A DNA stretch of 64,000 bases, taken from contig CAWBEI010000003.1 of assembly GCA_963787835.1 (NCBI GenBank), positions 96,001 through 160,000 of the forward strand, given 5' to 3'. The notes under the pieces were generated by a model. That model was not told the DNA's origin. It was given only the letters and a program-made list of their open reading frames with translations, and did not search any database. Numbering within the stretch: position 1 is the stretch's first letter; every line of letters begins with the position of its first letter. Position numbers and translations under genes: made by a program. Below are positions 10,001 to 18,667 of the stretch, piece by piece. This DNA comes from Ignavibacteriota bacterium (GTDB lineage: Bacteria > Bacteroidota > Ignavibacteria > Palsa-1295).

Positions 10001-11238
10001 GGTTTGCTCATACTATTCTGAATGGCTCCCACACCGGTGCAGATAATTTCGCCGGCTTCAATCAATTCGAAAATAATACGCAAGCTCAGGTTGTTTTGGT
10101 TGACAATGGAATTCAGAGTGCACAGCCGCTATTTGGATTACCGAACGCACCTGGTTGCACACAGCAAATAACGGGCATCTTTGGCGAAAATATATTCGCA
10201 CTCCCTTCCTCACCGAACACCGCATTGCATTTCCAATCTTTGAATTCTTACACTCTCAACGGATCAATAACGGAGAACCAATGGAGTCCGAACATTCAGA
10301 GCAATAACGTTTGTACAAATACGGCATCACCCGATCCAAAGATGAATAACATAGCGTACTTCAATATCGGTAACGGGTCGGCTACAGGGTCTTTTACTTG
10401 CGGTACTGACGGAAATGGAAACCATTACAAAACAAAGCAGGGGAAAATGGGGTCTCTATCAAACCTGAATAACAATCCAGTACCCCCGTCCGATAGCGAA
10501 TGGTTGTATTACGAAGCGCAACAATGGATTAGTGTCAATAATCAATTCGCACTTGATACGATGCGACTTTTCGTCGAACAGCATCCAATGGATCGCACTC
10601 TCATTCCATCCGCCCTTGGCTACACCGACCAAATAGTCGCGTTAATTGCCGATAGCGGGGTGTATATCGTGACACAGGATTGGATCGATGAGTATAATTG
10701 GCTTGCTAGTGTATATGCTTCAGATACCGCTGCTTGGTATGAATCAAATGTTCTCTTGGCGATGGCCGATGCGGAAAATTATTTTAACTTGAACGAGGAC
10801 GCAAATTTATACTGGAATATATCTCGTTTATTCCCGTTTGCATACAGTACCGATTCTACTGAGATATCATTCATTCGGAACTTTCAACATGAGCGTAATT
10901 TGGACACGACCCCATTCCATGTAATTCAAATTCCGCCAGTTCCTTATGGTTCAAGCTATGTCACGCCTTCGTTAGCTCAAAACACCACATTATCAGTGGC
11001 TCCGAACCCAGCGAACCAAACGTTGACGGCATATATAACTACAACGTTTTCAGCACCAGCCACGCTGGAAATTTATGATGCGCTTGGGCAGCGTGTAATG
11101 GCACTGCCTTCACCACGTTTGCAAATGGGCAATAATCAATTTAATTTCGATTGCTCTACATTGGCGGCAGGAAATTATTTCTTGCGTCTCTCGACGGGCG
11201 AAACCGTTCAAACGGTGAGGATTGCTATAGAGCATTAA
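7051..11238 (+). CDS. Large T9SS-secreted protein with parallel beta-helix-like repeats; true start probably ATG 6920 across the repeat tract
   Basis: Signal h-region ending LHA-Q; Asn/Gly-rich beta-helix-like segment; C-terminal APNPA...IYDALGQ...GNYFLRL sorting domain; AT-richer than flanks. Confidence 0.85.
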   Translation: MLVLFLACMISAGRLHAQAGQLFYDVTTQPTASWLSGAVAASTTCNIGQLVLNLATPALELTDNSGSVVSQLALNAQIIPSNADGHTLTSNHNSCIVWVSTISTAGTINLALYSNVPANGQINMAGNIFTAQDHGHYNAFLVSSTCGCQSWIGNAQAAMDDANNLYITFELNRSGHSTPSNELWYYVFSFANNNFNWVSGGPIPRPGDLIPATGAGQPTITCNRWNNGTGTATIGYIAPDPNTGRPRPAQIVVGPNTIGSPGWLPEPNMTPITPCLWVRAINSDNPYSTPFVHYFYAYAPQPPGGPHLNNTLWSTDNSTVSTVISPNLVLSPSSDGVTTLADPAVGDGYIAAIPNQAATVYCAFVENSSGMQNLRITREFGNNNSIVQTNPIYNWYSLGCNQMGVFIAFGNSSGNRMWRAFRPFYGDIMENTVASGLCKVDPNSNSAVQGIGVGTAARLTAGISDTLRVFEESNITPAQLFQFTNSNPITTPPVLWAGEHPSSNIDADPGNARGEIILDLGSNVDFGGELTPPLLGAIFQARSDGQIDYNGAIFGNEKSDLIGCVGETRVSDLSTNRRGIFNINYPLSFNVASPPQSSPVSNTGGIYGGSIFGGVKGLVNFICSEGFPYWYYMTISGQGLGMNFDQTYMYLGQPIDPGGGQYQIGALDAGDGNGPPNSIIFTNGIISNLHQPNGWTGGSGQFVPDIGPGYSPNLYQYNVAFDAWCPLYNVANINISNNIILYTNFTLYYTDDNIGGAGDPAVLVNLNNNKTEDIAYAGEAAASSGNIDDYGNSLFLLQWLAYNSQGYLAQFQGQINILGNQMMGDWPENGSTMSDPSETIILDGWSVPVNQQWRVKCDDNIFDNRSTGDGSYVPNYNSNSIAVLLNDGAEVDVSNNTINGYGYGIVNEIQNNAYSFYCNNTITQAGQSTPNGIGILEEGGQGSVYPKLNVTSNLSIGYEVTGTNQSTPVANQFNNCTIGAEFGGFAHTILNGSHTGADNFAGFNQFENNTQAQVVLVDNGIQSAQPLFGLPNAPGCTQQITGIFGENIFALPSSPNTALHFQSLNSYTLNGSITENQWSPNIQSNNVCTNTASPDPKMNNIAYFNIGNGSATGSFTCGTDGNGNHYKTKQGKMGSLSNLNNNPVPPSDSEWLYYEAQQWISVNNQFALDTMRLFVEQHPMDRTLIPSALGYTDQIVALIADSGVYIVTQDWIDEYNWLASVYASDTAAWYESNVLLAMADAENYFNLNEDANLYWNISRLFPFAYSTDSTEISFIRNFQHERNLDTTPFHVIQIPPVPYGSSYVTPSLAQNTTLSVAPNPANQTLTAYITTTFSAPATLEIYDALGQRVMALPSPRLQMGNNQFNFDCSTLAAGNYFLRLSTGETVQTVRIAIEH

Positions 11239-11255
11239 GGAATTACTTACGCTCC

Positions 11256-11287
11256 AACCTCTCCCTCACACGAGGGAGAGGTTTTTT
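11256..11287 (+). terminator. Rho-independent terminator
   Basis: AACCTCTCCCTC-ACAC-GAGGGAGAGGTT followed by a T run, right after the stop codon. Confidence 0.85.
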
Positions 11288-11343
11288 ATTTGCTTGACTT
11301 TGGATAGACGAAATTGAGCGCGGCATAACGGTGTTGTACTCTA

Positions 11344-12417
11344 ATGCCCTCCAAACGCAATGAAGCCGTAACCCCCGATCGCACCGCGAATGAGCGATCA
11401 TTTGCGGAAGCAGAATACGAGCGATCGTTGCGGCCGCGCGAATTTGAAGAATTCACGGGCCAATCCAGCATCATCGAGAACTTGCGCATCTTTATCTCTG
11501 CGGCTCGCGCGCGGGGTCAGGCGCTCGATCATGTGTTATTTACCGGCCCTCCCGGTCTTGGCAAGACGACGCTCGCGCATATTATAGCGAACGAAATGTC
11601 CGCACAGATCCGCACCACATCCGGCCCCGTCATCGAGCGCGCCGGCGATCTGGCAGGATTATTGACCTCTTTAGAAGAAGGCGATGTGTTATTTATCGAT
11701 GAGATCCACCGGCTTTCCGCAGTAGTCGAGGAATATTTGTACTCCGCTATGGAGGACTACAAGCTCGACATCATGATCGATAGCGGCCCCAGCGCACGCT
11801 CCATTCAGATCGAACTGAAGCCGTTCACGCTCATCGGAGCCACCACCCGAGCGGGATTGCTCTCCGCGCCGCTTCGCTCCCGCTTCGGTATTACCAACCG
11901 CCTGGACTATTATCAGGCTCCGGCGCTAAAAAAGATCGTCGAGCGGAGTGCACGGCTTATTCAGATCAAAATTGATGACGAAGGCGCCCTCGAGATCGCA
12001 CGGCGCTCACGCGGGACGCCACGCATTGCCAATCGGCTGCTGCATCGCACCCGCGATTTTGCACAGGTAAAAGGCGATGGAAGCATCACCCGCGAGATCG
12101 CGCTTATTTCACTGAAAGCACTGGAAGTCGATGAACATGGTTTAGATGAGATGGATAAACGTATCCTGCTTACGATCATCGAAAAATTTGGCGGCGGCCC
12201 GGTTGGTTTGAACACCATTGCGGTCGCCGTTGGCGAGGAAGGCGGTACGATCGAGGAAGTCTATGAACCATTCCTGATCCAGGAGGGCTTTCTTGCACGG
12301 ACTCCACGTGGCCGTGAGGCGACGAAGTTGGCATATAAACATTTTGGGATCATCGAGAAGGATATCGCTGGCAATGTACAGGAGGGCACGTTGTTTGCAG
12401 AAACACGTTCCTCATAA
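11344..12417 (+). CDS. ruvB: Holliday junction branch migration helicase RuvB
   Basis: [41 protein letters not shown]. Confidence 0.98.
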   Translation: MPSKRNEAVTPDRTANERSFAEAEYERSLRPREFEEFTGQSSIIENLRIFISAARARGQALDHVLFTGPPGLGKTTLAHIIANEMSAQIRTTSGPVIERAGDLAGLLTSLEEGDVLFIDEIHRLSAVVEEYLYSAMEDYKLDIMIDSGPSARSIQIELKPFTLIGATTRAGLLSAPLRSRFGITNRLDYYQAPALKKIVERSARLIQIKIDDEGALEIARRSRGTPRIANRLLHRTRDFAQVKGDGSITREIALISLKALEVDEHGLDEMDKRILLTIIEKFGGGPVGLNTIAVAVGEEGGTIEEVYEPFLIQEGFLARTPRGREATKLAYKHFGIIEKDIAGNVQEGTLFAETRSS

Positions 12418-12447
12418 TTCATCATTCACCATTCATAATTCATCATT
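12412..12447 (+). repeat. Intergenic heptamer repeat (TCATAAT/TCATCAT/TCACCAT)
   Basis: Five units; same family at 24896-24923. Confidence 0.7.
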
Positions 12448-12450
12448 GCC

Positions 12451-13106
12451 ATGAAGGGCACACCACTAACGGAATCGACGTACGAATACATCGTCACGCA
12501 TTTTGCGTCCGGCGAACGGGCACTGCTTGAAAAAATGAGCGTTCGAGCTGTCGCGGCGGGGATGCCGATGATCATGATCTCGGAAGATCAGGCGAAATTC
12601 ATTTCTTTCTTTTAAAAGCGATCAAGGCAAAGCGCGCGCTCGATGTGGGAACGCTCTTCGGATACAGCGCCGCTATCATGGCGCGCGCCATGGGTACGGA
12701 TTCCGAAGTAGTCACCCTTGAACGCAACGAGATGCATGCGAATGTCGCAAAGGAAAACATCGACACGCTGCACCTTCGGAACATCACGATAAAACTTGGG
12801 CCTGCGCTCGAAGTCATGAAGCTGATGCGCCGCGAGACGTTCGATTTTATCCTTATCGATGCTGATAAGCCGAATTATACTCCCTACCTGAACGAGGCGT
12901 TGCGGCTAATCCGTCCGGGTGGAGTGATCGCCGGGGATAACGCGCTCGCCTGGGGCAAATTGACCACAGACCTTGCAAAGGGCGATCCGGATGCTGCCAG
13001 CGTGAAGGCTATTCGCTCGTTCAATGAAACCTTCGCAAACCAAAAAACGCTTTTTTCAACGCTTATTCCCGTTGGCGATGGCATGGTAATGGGTGTGCTT
13101 AAATAA
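12451..13106 (+). pseudogene. O-methyltransferase (caffeoyl-CoA OMT/YrrM-like), frameshifted near 12610
   Basis: MKGTPLTESTYEYI... from 12451 hits TAA 12613; one extra T in the T run restores LKAIKAKRALDVGTLFGYS...IDADK; possibly a sequencing error. Confidence 0.8.
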
Positions 13107-13168
13107 AAGTCTGTTTTCGCCTGTTACTTTCGTCTTGTCGGTGTGTTAATCCATTTTTTGAATACTGC

Positions 13169-13966
13169 ATGATCGTGCCGAAGAAGTATTGTTTTATCGT
13201 TTCTTTTATTCTACTCGTACTGCTGGGCGTTCCAACCGCCCAGTCTCAAATATCCAAAACGGTCGGGTTGCTCAAAGGAGTCGTGACATTAGCAGATGGC
13301 ACGCCCGTGGTCGATGTACCCGTCACCATCTTCAAGGGAACGGAAGTTCTCACAACGACAAAATCCAGCCCCGAGGGGAAGATCAGCACCGTGCTTCAGC
13401 CGAACGCAACGTATCGCCTGAGAGTCAATTCCAGTAACTATTTGTATCATGAAGATACACTCGTGCTTGGCGCGCTCAAGACCTATCAGGAGTTCCCGGT
13501 TCACATGGTGCTCTCGCCATTGAGGGATGGTCAGGCATTCGAACTGCAATCCCCGGTTTTTGCACCTAAATCTCAGAGCATCTTATCCTGCACCTTACCG
13601 GCATTCGATCGCATCGTCGATCAGATGAAGCACAATCCAAAGCTTTCGGTGAGCATCACCGTCTATCCCGATGCACCCGTAAAATCGAAAAAGGATGCTG
13701 CCCAAAAAACACTCGCGGCCGGCCGTGAAACATCGATGCGCTCGTATTTTCTGAATAAAGGAATTACAGAATCCCGCTTTAGCGTCCAGAGTGAGATCAC
13801 AAGCGTCCCACCCGGAATATTTCAGCCGAACGATCCAGCGTTTCCACCCGCTCCGGCAGCGACCACTACTTCAAGTAAGAAAAAGAAGAAGGGTCACACC
13901 CCCGCGCCGGCTTCAACTTCCCTCATTCCGCAATTTGTTGCGGTTGTCGCGCACATCGCCTCATAG
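13169..13966 (+). CDS. Exported protein: carboxypeptidase-regulatory-like domain plus degenerate OmpA-like domain
   Basis: Signal peptide; LKGVVT...PVVDVPVTI fold start; FAPKS...MRSYFLNKGITESR OmpA-like pattern. Confidence 0.65.
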   Translation: MIVPKKYCFIVSFILLVLLGVPTAQSQISKTVGLLKGVVTLADGTPVVDVPVTIFKGTEVLTTTKSSPEGKISTVLQPNATYRLRVNSSNYLYHEDTLVLGALKTYQEFPVHMVLSPLRDGQAFELQSPVFAPKSQSILSCTLPAFDRIVDQMKHNPKLSVSITVYPDAPVKSKKDAAQKTLAAGRETSMRSYFLNKGITESRFSVQSEITSVPPGIFQPNDPAFPPAPAATTTSSKKKKKGHTPAPASTSLIPQFVAVVAHIAS

Positions 13967-13982
13967 CGAACGCCGTCGGTTG

Positions 13983-16900
13983 CTATTCCTTCCCGTTGCC
14001 GGCTTCGAAGATGATCTTTCGGGAGTCGTTCATTTCTCCCGATGACACTTCCATAAAAAAGCTTCCCTCGGGAATAGTGGGAAGATCGAGCGGGAGCGTC
14101 TGTGTTCCAGCGGCGCATGGAATGGCTTGATGCCACACTTCTCGCCCCAGCATATCGGTGATCCGAACCGTCACGATCCCCTCCTGCGCTACTGCAAGGC
14201 ACAACTCGATGCGAGAAGTAGCTCCCGAAAGGTTTACCGGGTTCGGACGTACAGAAATGATGCGGAGGGCAACCTGTCCTTGCAATAAACTTCGCAGAAT
14301 TGGAGTACCGCACGTATCGATCAAAGTAAAACGAACGTCCCCTGCACCCTGGATCGAGGTGAGAATACAGCCATCGTAATTTGCGGAACTATCGTTAAAC
14401 CGAAGACCGGACATGACAATATCACAACCGGCACTATCCGTAACAGCGATGGCAAAATAGCAGTGGGCAATTTGGGTTCCAGCAAGCACAGCACCGCCAG
14501 ACTCGTTACGCAGCCGAATTTCAAGCGAATGATCGAGATTCCAAAACGTATCCGCAACGCTCCAACCTGTTGCAGTTACGATTTTCGTCAGCGTCAATAG
14601 ATCCCAATTAGCATTGAGAGCGAAGGATACTGTTTCAAGGCCCGTCGTATCGCCAATATTATCGAGCACGATCGCGGCAACGTCCGTCGTACCACCTGCC
14701 AATCCTGTAACTTGTATGGACTGAATGCTTGACTCCAGCGTGATACGCACCGTCGGTACGATCCCTATCGCACTTCCCGAAAGTCCAAGAGACCGATCAT
14801 ACTGCCCTTGCTGAGAACGGACATTCAGCGAAGCCGCCCCAGTGCCGCTCCCGCTCGGATCGAATTGGACCGTATAAAATAGTGTGTCCCCGGGAGCAAT
14901 TACTTCCGGGAATTTCAGGATGCTATCTAACGTGAACTGAGTCTGGTCCGACGAAAGAGCGATCGTATCTACCGAGGTGGCACCGCAGCCAACATTTGCG
15001 ATCCAAAATGTTTTCGAAACCGGAACACATGGACGTGTGATGAAGACGGAGTCAGGAGTTGAAAAAGCCAGGACATTCCCGCCGGGAAGTGACACATAAT
15101 TGAAAGAAATAACAGTATCGATATTCTGCCCATGCAGTGCAAGCGTGGTAAATGCTGAAGTATCCGGAGCCGCTGCAACGCGGAATGAAATCCGTACGGA
15201 ACTATCTGGATGGATAACGATCGGCAAAGCTCCAGGCAAAGTAAACACAACCCCGGGATAACCGGCAAACGTTGTATCTGTCACGATAACATCACTACAG
15301 TATCCGTCATTAGTGAGTACAATGCTGGAATCCACCGATGAACACGGGTTGATCCCTCCAAAGGAGAACGTGGAATTGCTTAGGGTAAGTGCACCAGAAT
15401 TCGGAATTACGAAGCCTTCGAGCGAAATGGTTTCAATGTGATTGTTGCCCGTAACCGGATCTTGCAGGGTGACCAATAACCCATCACCAATAAGCCCATT
15501 CTGTGTTGGCTGAAGTTGAACTTGCAGTGCAAGCGTTGAATCCGGGGCAAGTTTAATTGGAAAGGTGGGGCTGAGCAGAATATAATTAATTCCTGTCGAA
15601 AAAGTGGCGGAGGTCACTATCACGCTATCGCACGAAAGGTTAACGATCTTACCTTCCTGGATCTTCGCCTGGCACGCCAGCACCGTATCGTAACTCAGCG
15701 CAGGAGTAAGCAGCGAATCATGGAAGGATGAAACACCAATACCTGAAATGGTGATGAACGTATCGACTATTGTTCCATTGAGATCCAAAGTAATTTGAAG
15801 CCTATTAGATAACGTATCGGCAATATTCGGTTTGAAATGAACGAGAATGGAATCGATCCCGGAATCGCTCGAAAGTGTGATAGGAAATGCAATGGGATCG
15901 AACCAGAATTCACTGTCAGCATTTTCCCATGCGATATTTTGGATATTAAGATTGCGGCATAAGCTATTACTAATGGTTATCCATTGCGAAGTCGATGCGC
16001 ACGGGACGTTGACCACACCCAAACTAAATAAAGAACCCCGAAGCCCCACGCGTACAGGAATATCATACTGCACCTGAAGCGTGAGCGGAACAGTGGTATC
16101 TATCGTTTCGGAGCCGCTCAGGTACTGGAGTTGCAGGTTTGTGGAATACACCCCTTTCTGACCCGGTGATACATGTAGAACGATCGGAATCCCATTCGAC
16201 GCTGGAATAACTGTTGGAACTGAGATCAATCCCAGATGAAAGATGGAGGTATCGCTGAGTGAGACCTGCTGCAACACGATCGAATCACATGGAGTCGCGG
16301 TGATCGAAACAACGGTATCGATCGAGGTACACTCATCGAGCACCGAAAGACTGAGAGCCCCGATCTCAGCGTGCGCGCCTTGGAATACCGTTAACGCAAG
16401 AAAGACGGAATCCTCGATCGCCACGCTCTTTCCACCGAGCATGTGAAGTTCCAACTCCGAGGTGAACGTGCCGTCCTGCAATGAAGAGGATGTAATGGGA
16501 ACGGTATCTACCCCTCCCGGCTCGATCGCGTGAGGCAGTTTGATGTGCGAAAGTTGAAAATGTGAGCTGTCCGTAAGGGATTGCTCCGTAACGGTTAGCG
16601 TATCACACGAATAATTGTGAATGAGGATCGCGGTATCCTTCGAGACGCATGCATACGGAGCCGAAAGCTCGAGCGATGGAGTCACACTGTAGCTCGCGGT
16701 ACTCTTTGCAGTTCCATAAAGTGTAATAATGGTATCGACCGTCCTCGTTCCAAGATTAAATTCTAACAGCAGCTTGCCAGAATCTTTCAATGATGGGCTT
16801 GGAGTATAGATAATACCAATGCTATCGCTCCCACTTAGCATATACGGGTAGGTGATTCCCTGAAATGAAAATTCTTGCGCACCGGAAAGCATTTGTGCTT

Positions 16901-18011
16901 TTACGAGGATCCCGTTCACACACCCGGTACTGGAAGTAATATGAAGTGTCGTATCGAGTTGGTCGCAACGGGTTCCAGAGAATTGAATGTTCGTCTCGTC
17001 AAGATGAAGGGTAACCGTACCTCCGGCTACCGCATTGGCGGTGTACCAAAGACCTCCATAAAAATCCCCCGCGAAGATCTGCGGCCCAACCGCATAGAAA
17101 CGAGTATCTCGAAAATTCGACGGCCCGCAGATATTGATCCATGAATTCCCGGTGTCGGTCGAGTAATAAAATCCAGCAATACTATCAGTTTGCACAAACA
17201 AAGCAGAGATGGTTCCTCTGATGCAACCCGTTGGAATTCCAACCGGTGGTAAAATGGAGGTGTTCGTCCACATGGCACCACCATTGGTCGAGATAAAGAA
17301 CTGGCGCGTTTTTTCGCCAACCGCTACAAATATGTTCGTTCCCACGAGACCATACGGTGCCCATGTTTCGGCATCAAGGGAAGGAGCAGCGTTCCAAGTC
17401 AAGCCACCGTCAGTGGAATACAATGGACTAAGAGCCTGAAGGTTACCGATCACTCCATTGAGGCCACTATAGCTCACTCCGTTCTGCCAATCGGAGGCGA
17501 AGGAAGTCCAAGTGACCCCCAGATCCGTAGATTGATACGCACTTGAGTACCAACACGGAGCAGAAAGCATATTCGTGCCTTGACAATATCCGACCGATAC
17601 AAAGCTATCGCCGTTTAGAACCGAAATCCAGGTTTGCCCCCCATCCGTTGTTTTCCAAATTCCTCCAACGATGCCATAATCATCGCGGACGCTGCACCAT
17701 CCAAGCAAACTGGTGTGAAATGTAAAGTCGGTGATCTCGGCAGGAATTCCGGTCAGGGGGGTAACAGACTGATTCCAGGTTACGCCATTATCGGTCGTTC
17801 GCCAGATCGCGGAATTATCGAGTCCTACTAAGCCTGTGGTGCTAACCCCCACCTGATCCAGAAAATACACAGAGGCAACCGTGGCCTGGGAAAATGTCTT
17901 TAGCAATGACCATTGGGCCGCGCTCGGAGAAGCCAACGCCATGACCACCCCAAACAGGAGGGCCATCGACAATGAAATAAGCCTTCGGTTAGCCATGAAT
18001 GGACGTGTCAC
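13983..18011 (-). CDS. T9SS-secreted multidomain protein: BNR propeller, tandem Ig-like (ASH/choice-of-anchor D-like), cohesin-like, CTD
   Basis: Signal; TxDGGxTW repeats; repeated Cys-containing Ig-like units; RPNPV...TDMLGRE CTD. Confidence 0.82.
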   Translation of the reverse strand: MTRPFMANRRLISLSMALLFGVVMALASPSAAQWSLLKTFSQATVASVYFLDQVGVSTTGLVGLDNSAIWRTTDNGVTWNQSVTPLTGIPAEITDFTFHTSLLGWCSVRDDYGIVGGIWKTTDGGQTWISVLNGDSFVSVGYCQGTNMLSAPCWYSSAYQSTDLGVTWTSFASDWQNGVSYSGLNGVIGNLQALSPLYSTDGGLTWNAAPSLDAETWAPYGLVGTNIFVAVGEKTRQFFISTNGGAMWTNTSILPPVGIPTGCIRGTISALFVQTDSIAGFYYSTDTGNSWINICGPSNFRDTRFYAVGPQIFAGDFYGGLWYTANAVAGGTVTLHLDETNIQFSGTRCDQLDTTLHITSSTGCVNGILVKAQMLSGAQEFSFQGITYPYMLSGSDSIGIIYTPSPSLKDSGKLLLEFNLGTRTVDTIITLYGTAKSTASYSVTPSLELSAPYACVSKDTAILIHNYSCDTLTVTEQSLTDSSHFQLSHIKLPHAIEPGGVDTVPITSSSLQDGTFTSELELHMLGGKSVAIEDSVFLALTVFQGAHAEIGALSLSVLDECTSIDTVVSITATPCDSIVLQQVSLSDTSIFHLGLISVPTVIPASNGIPIVLHVSPGQKGVYSTNLQLQYLSGSETIDTTVPLTLQVQYDIPVRVGLRGSLFSLGVVNVPCASTSQWITISNSLCRNLNIQNIAWENADSEFWFDPIAFPITLSSDSGIDSILVHFKPNIADTLSNRLQITLDLNGTIVDTFITISGIGVSSFHDSLLTPALSYDTVLACQAKIQEGKIVNLSCDSVIVTSATFSTGINYILLSPTFPIKLAPDSTLALQVQLQPTQNGLIGDGLLVTLQDPVTGNNHIETISLEGFVIPNSGALTLSNSTFSFGGINPCSSVDSSIVLTNDGYCSDVIVTDTTFAGYPGVVFTLPGALPIVIHPDSSVRISFRVAAAPDTSAFTTLALHGQNIDTVISFNYVSLPGGNVLAFSTPDSVFITRPCVPVSKTFWIANVGCGATSVDTIALSSDQTQFTLDSILKFPEVIAPGDTLFYTVQFDPSGSGTGAASLNVRSQQGQYDRSLGLSGSAIGIVPTVRITLESSIQSIQVTGLAGGTTDVAAIVLDNIGDTTGLETVSFALNANWDLLTLTKIVTATGWSVADTFWNLDHSLEIRLRNESGGAVLAGTQIAHCYFAIAVTDSAGCDIVMSGLRFNDSSANYDGCILTSIQGAGDVRFTLIDTCGTPILRSLLQGQVALRIISVRPNPVNLSGATSRIELCLAVAQEGIVTVRITDMLGREVWHQAIPCAAGTQTLPLDLPTIPEGSFFMEVSSGEMNDSRKIIFEAGNGKE

Positions 18012-18237
18012 TATAGAGACACATGGGATGTGGTGAATATGAACTACTGGTAATCCATTTTTAGCCCCGAAGGTTCGTTACTAACGACGGGTTTTGGCTA
18101 TCCCTACCCATTAATGAAAACCTGGGGTACCGTACTACCGGATGTTTATTTTGCCTTTGGGATAACAGTTCTGGATAATGACAAATCATTCATACCGCGT
18201 TACGGTTTGTAATACTTCCGTATATTTGTTACTTCTT

Positions 18238-18564
18238 ATGAAGGTTCGCCATCAACAAGGACTCGTATCATTGCGACACAGCTATGCTGTGCACGCTTTT
18301 GTCGCACTCCTTTTGGTTGCAATTGCCGGGCGCACCGGGAGCGATTTCTTTCACACGCACGAAGCTCTTGCCGATAATGGGACTACCATTTCAGCACCCT
18401 GTAACGCCTGCGATGTTGAAGCAACCGTTACACTAAATGCTCCGCCCGTTCCTGTTCTTCCGCCTCTCACTGTTACCCCCGTCGAAATATTTGCACTTTC
18501 CGTCGGAAGCCCGTTCACACCGGCGATCCTGCACACACACGGACGCGCACCTCCCGCAATCTAA
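18238..18564 (+). CDS. DUF2946/CutF-like leader protein (CxxC, C-terminal RAPP)
   Basis: Hydrophobic N-terminus, HTH, CNAC, Pro-rich linker, ends GRAPPAI; directly upstream of a TonB-dependent receptor. Confidence 0.75.
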   Translation: MKVRHQQGLVSLRHSYAVHAFVALLLVAIAGRTGSDFFHTHEALADNGTTISAPCNACDVEATVTLNAPPVPVLPPLTVTPVEIFALSVGSPFTPAILHTHGRAPPAI

Positions 18565-18607
18565 GTCCTTTCTCTTCCGCGTATTTCCTACGCTCAACAT
18601 TCTTGAT

Positions 18608-18633
18608 CGGGCACTCGAAGAAATCGAGGCCCG
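18608..18633 (+). promoter_or_regulatory. Stem-loop between the leader and the TonB receptor gene
   Basis: CGGGC-A-CTCGA AGAAA TCGAG-GCCCG. Confidence 0.5.
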
Positions 18634-18667
18634 TGTGTGCATTTACCTCAATTAAAAAATTTTCGTC

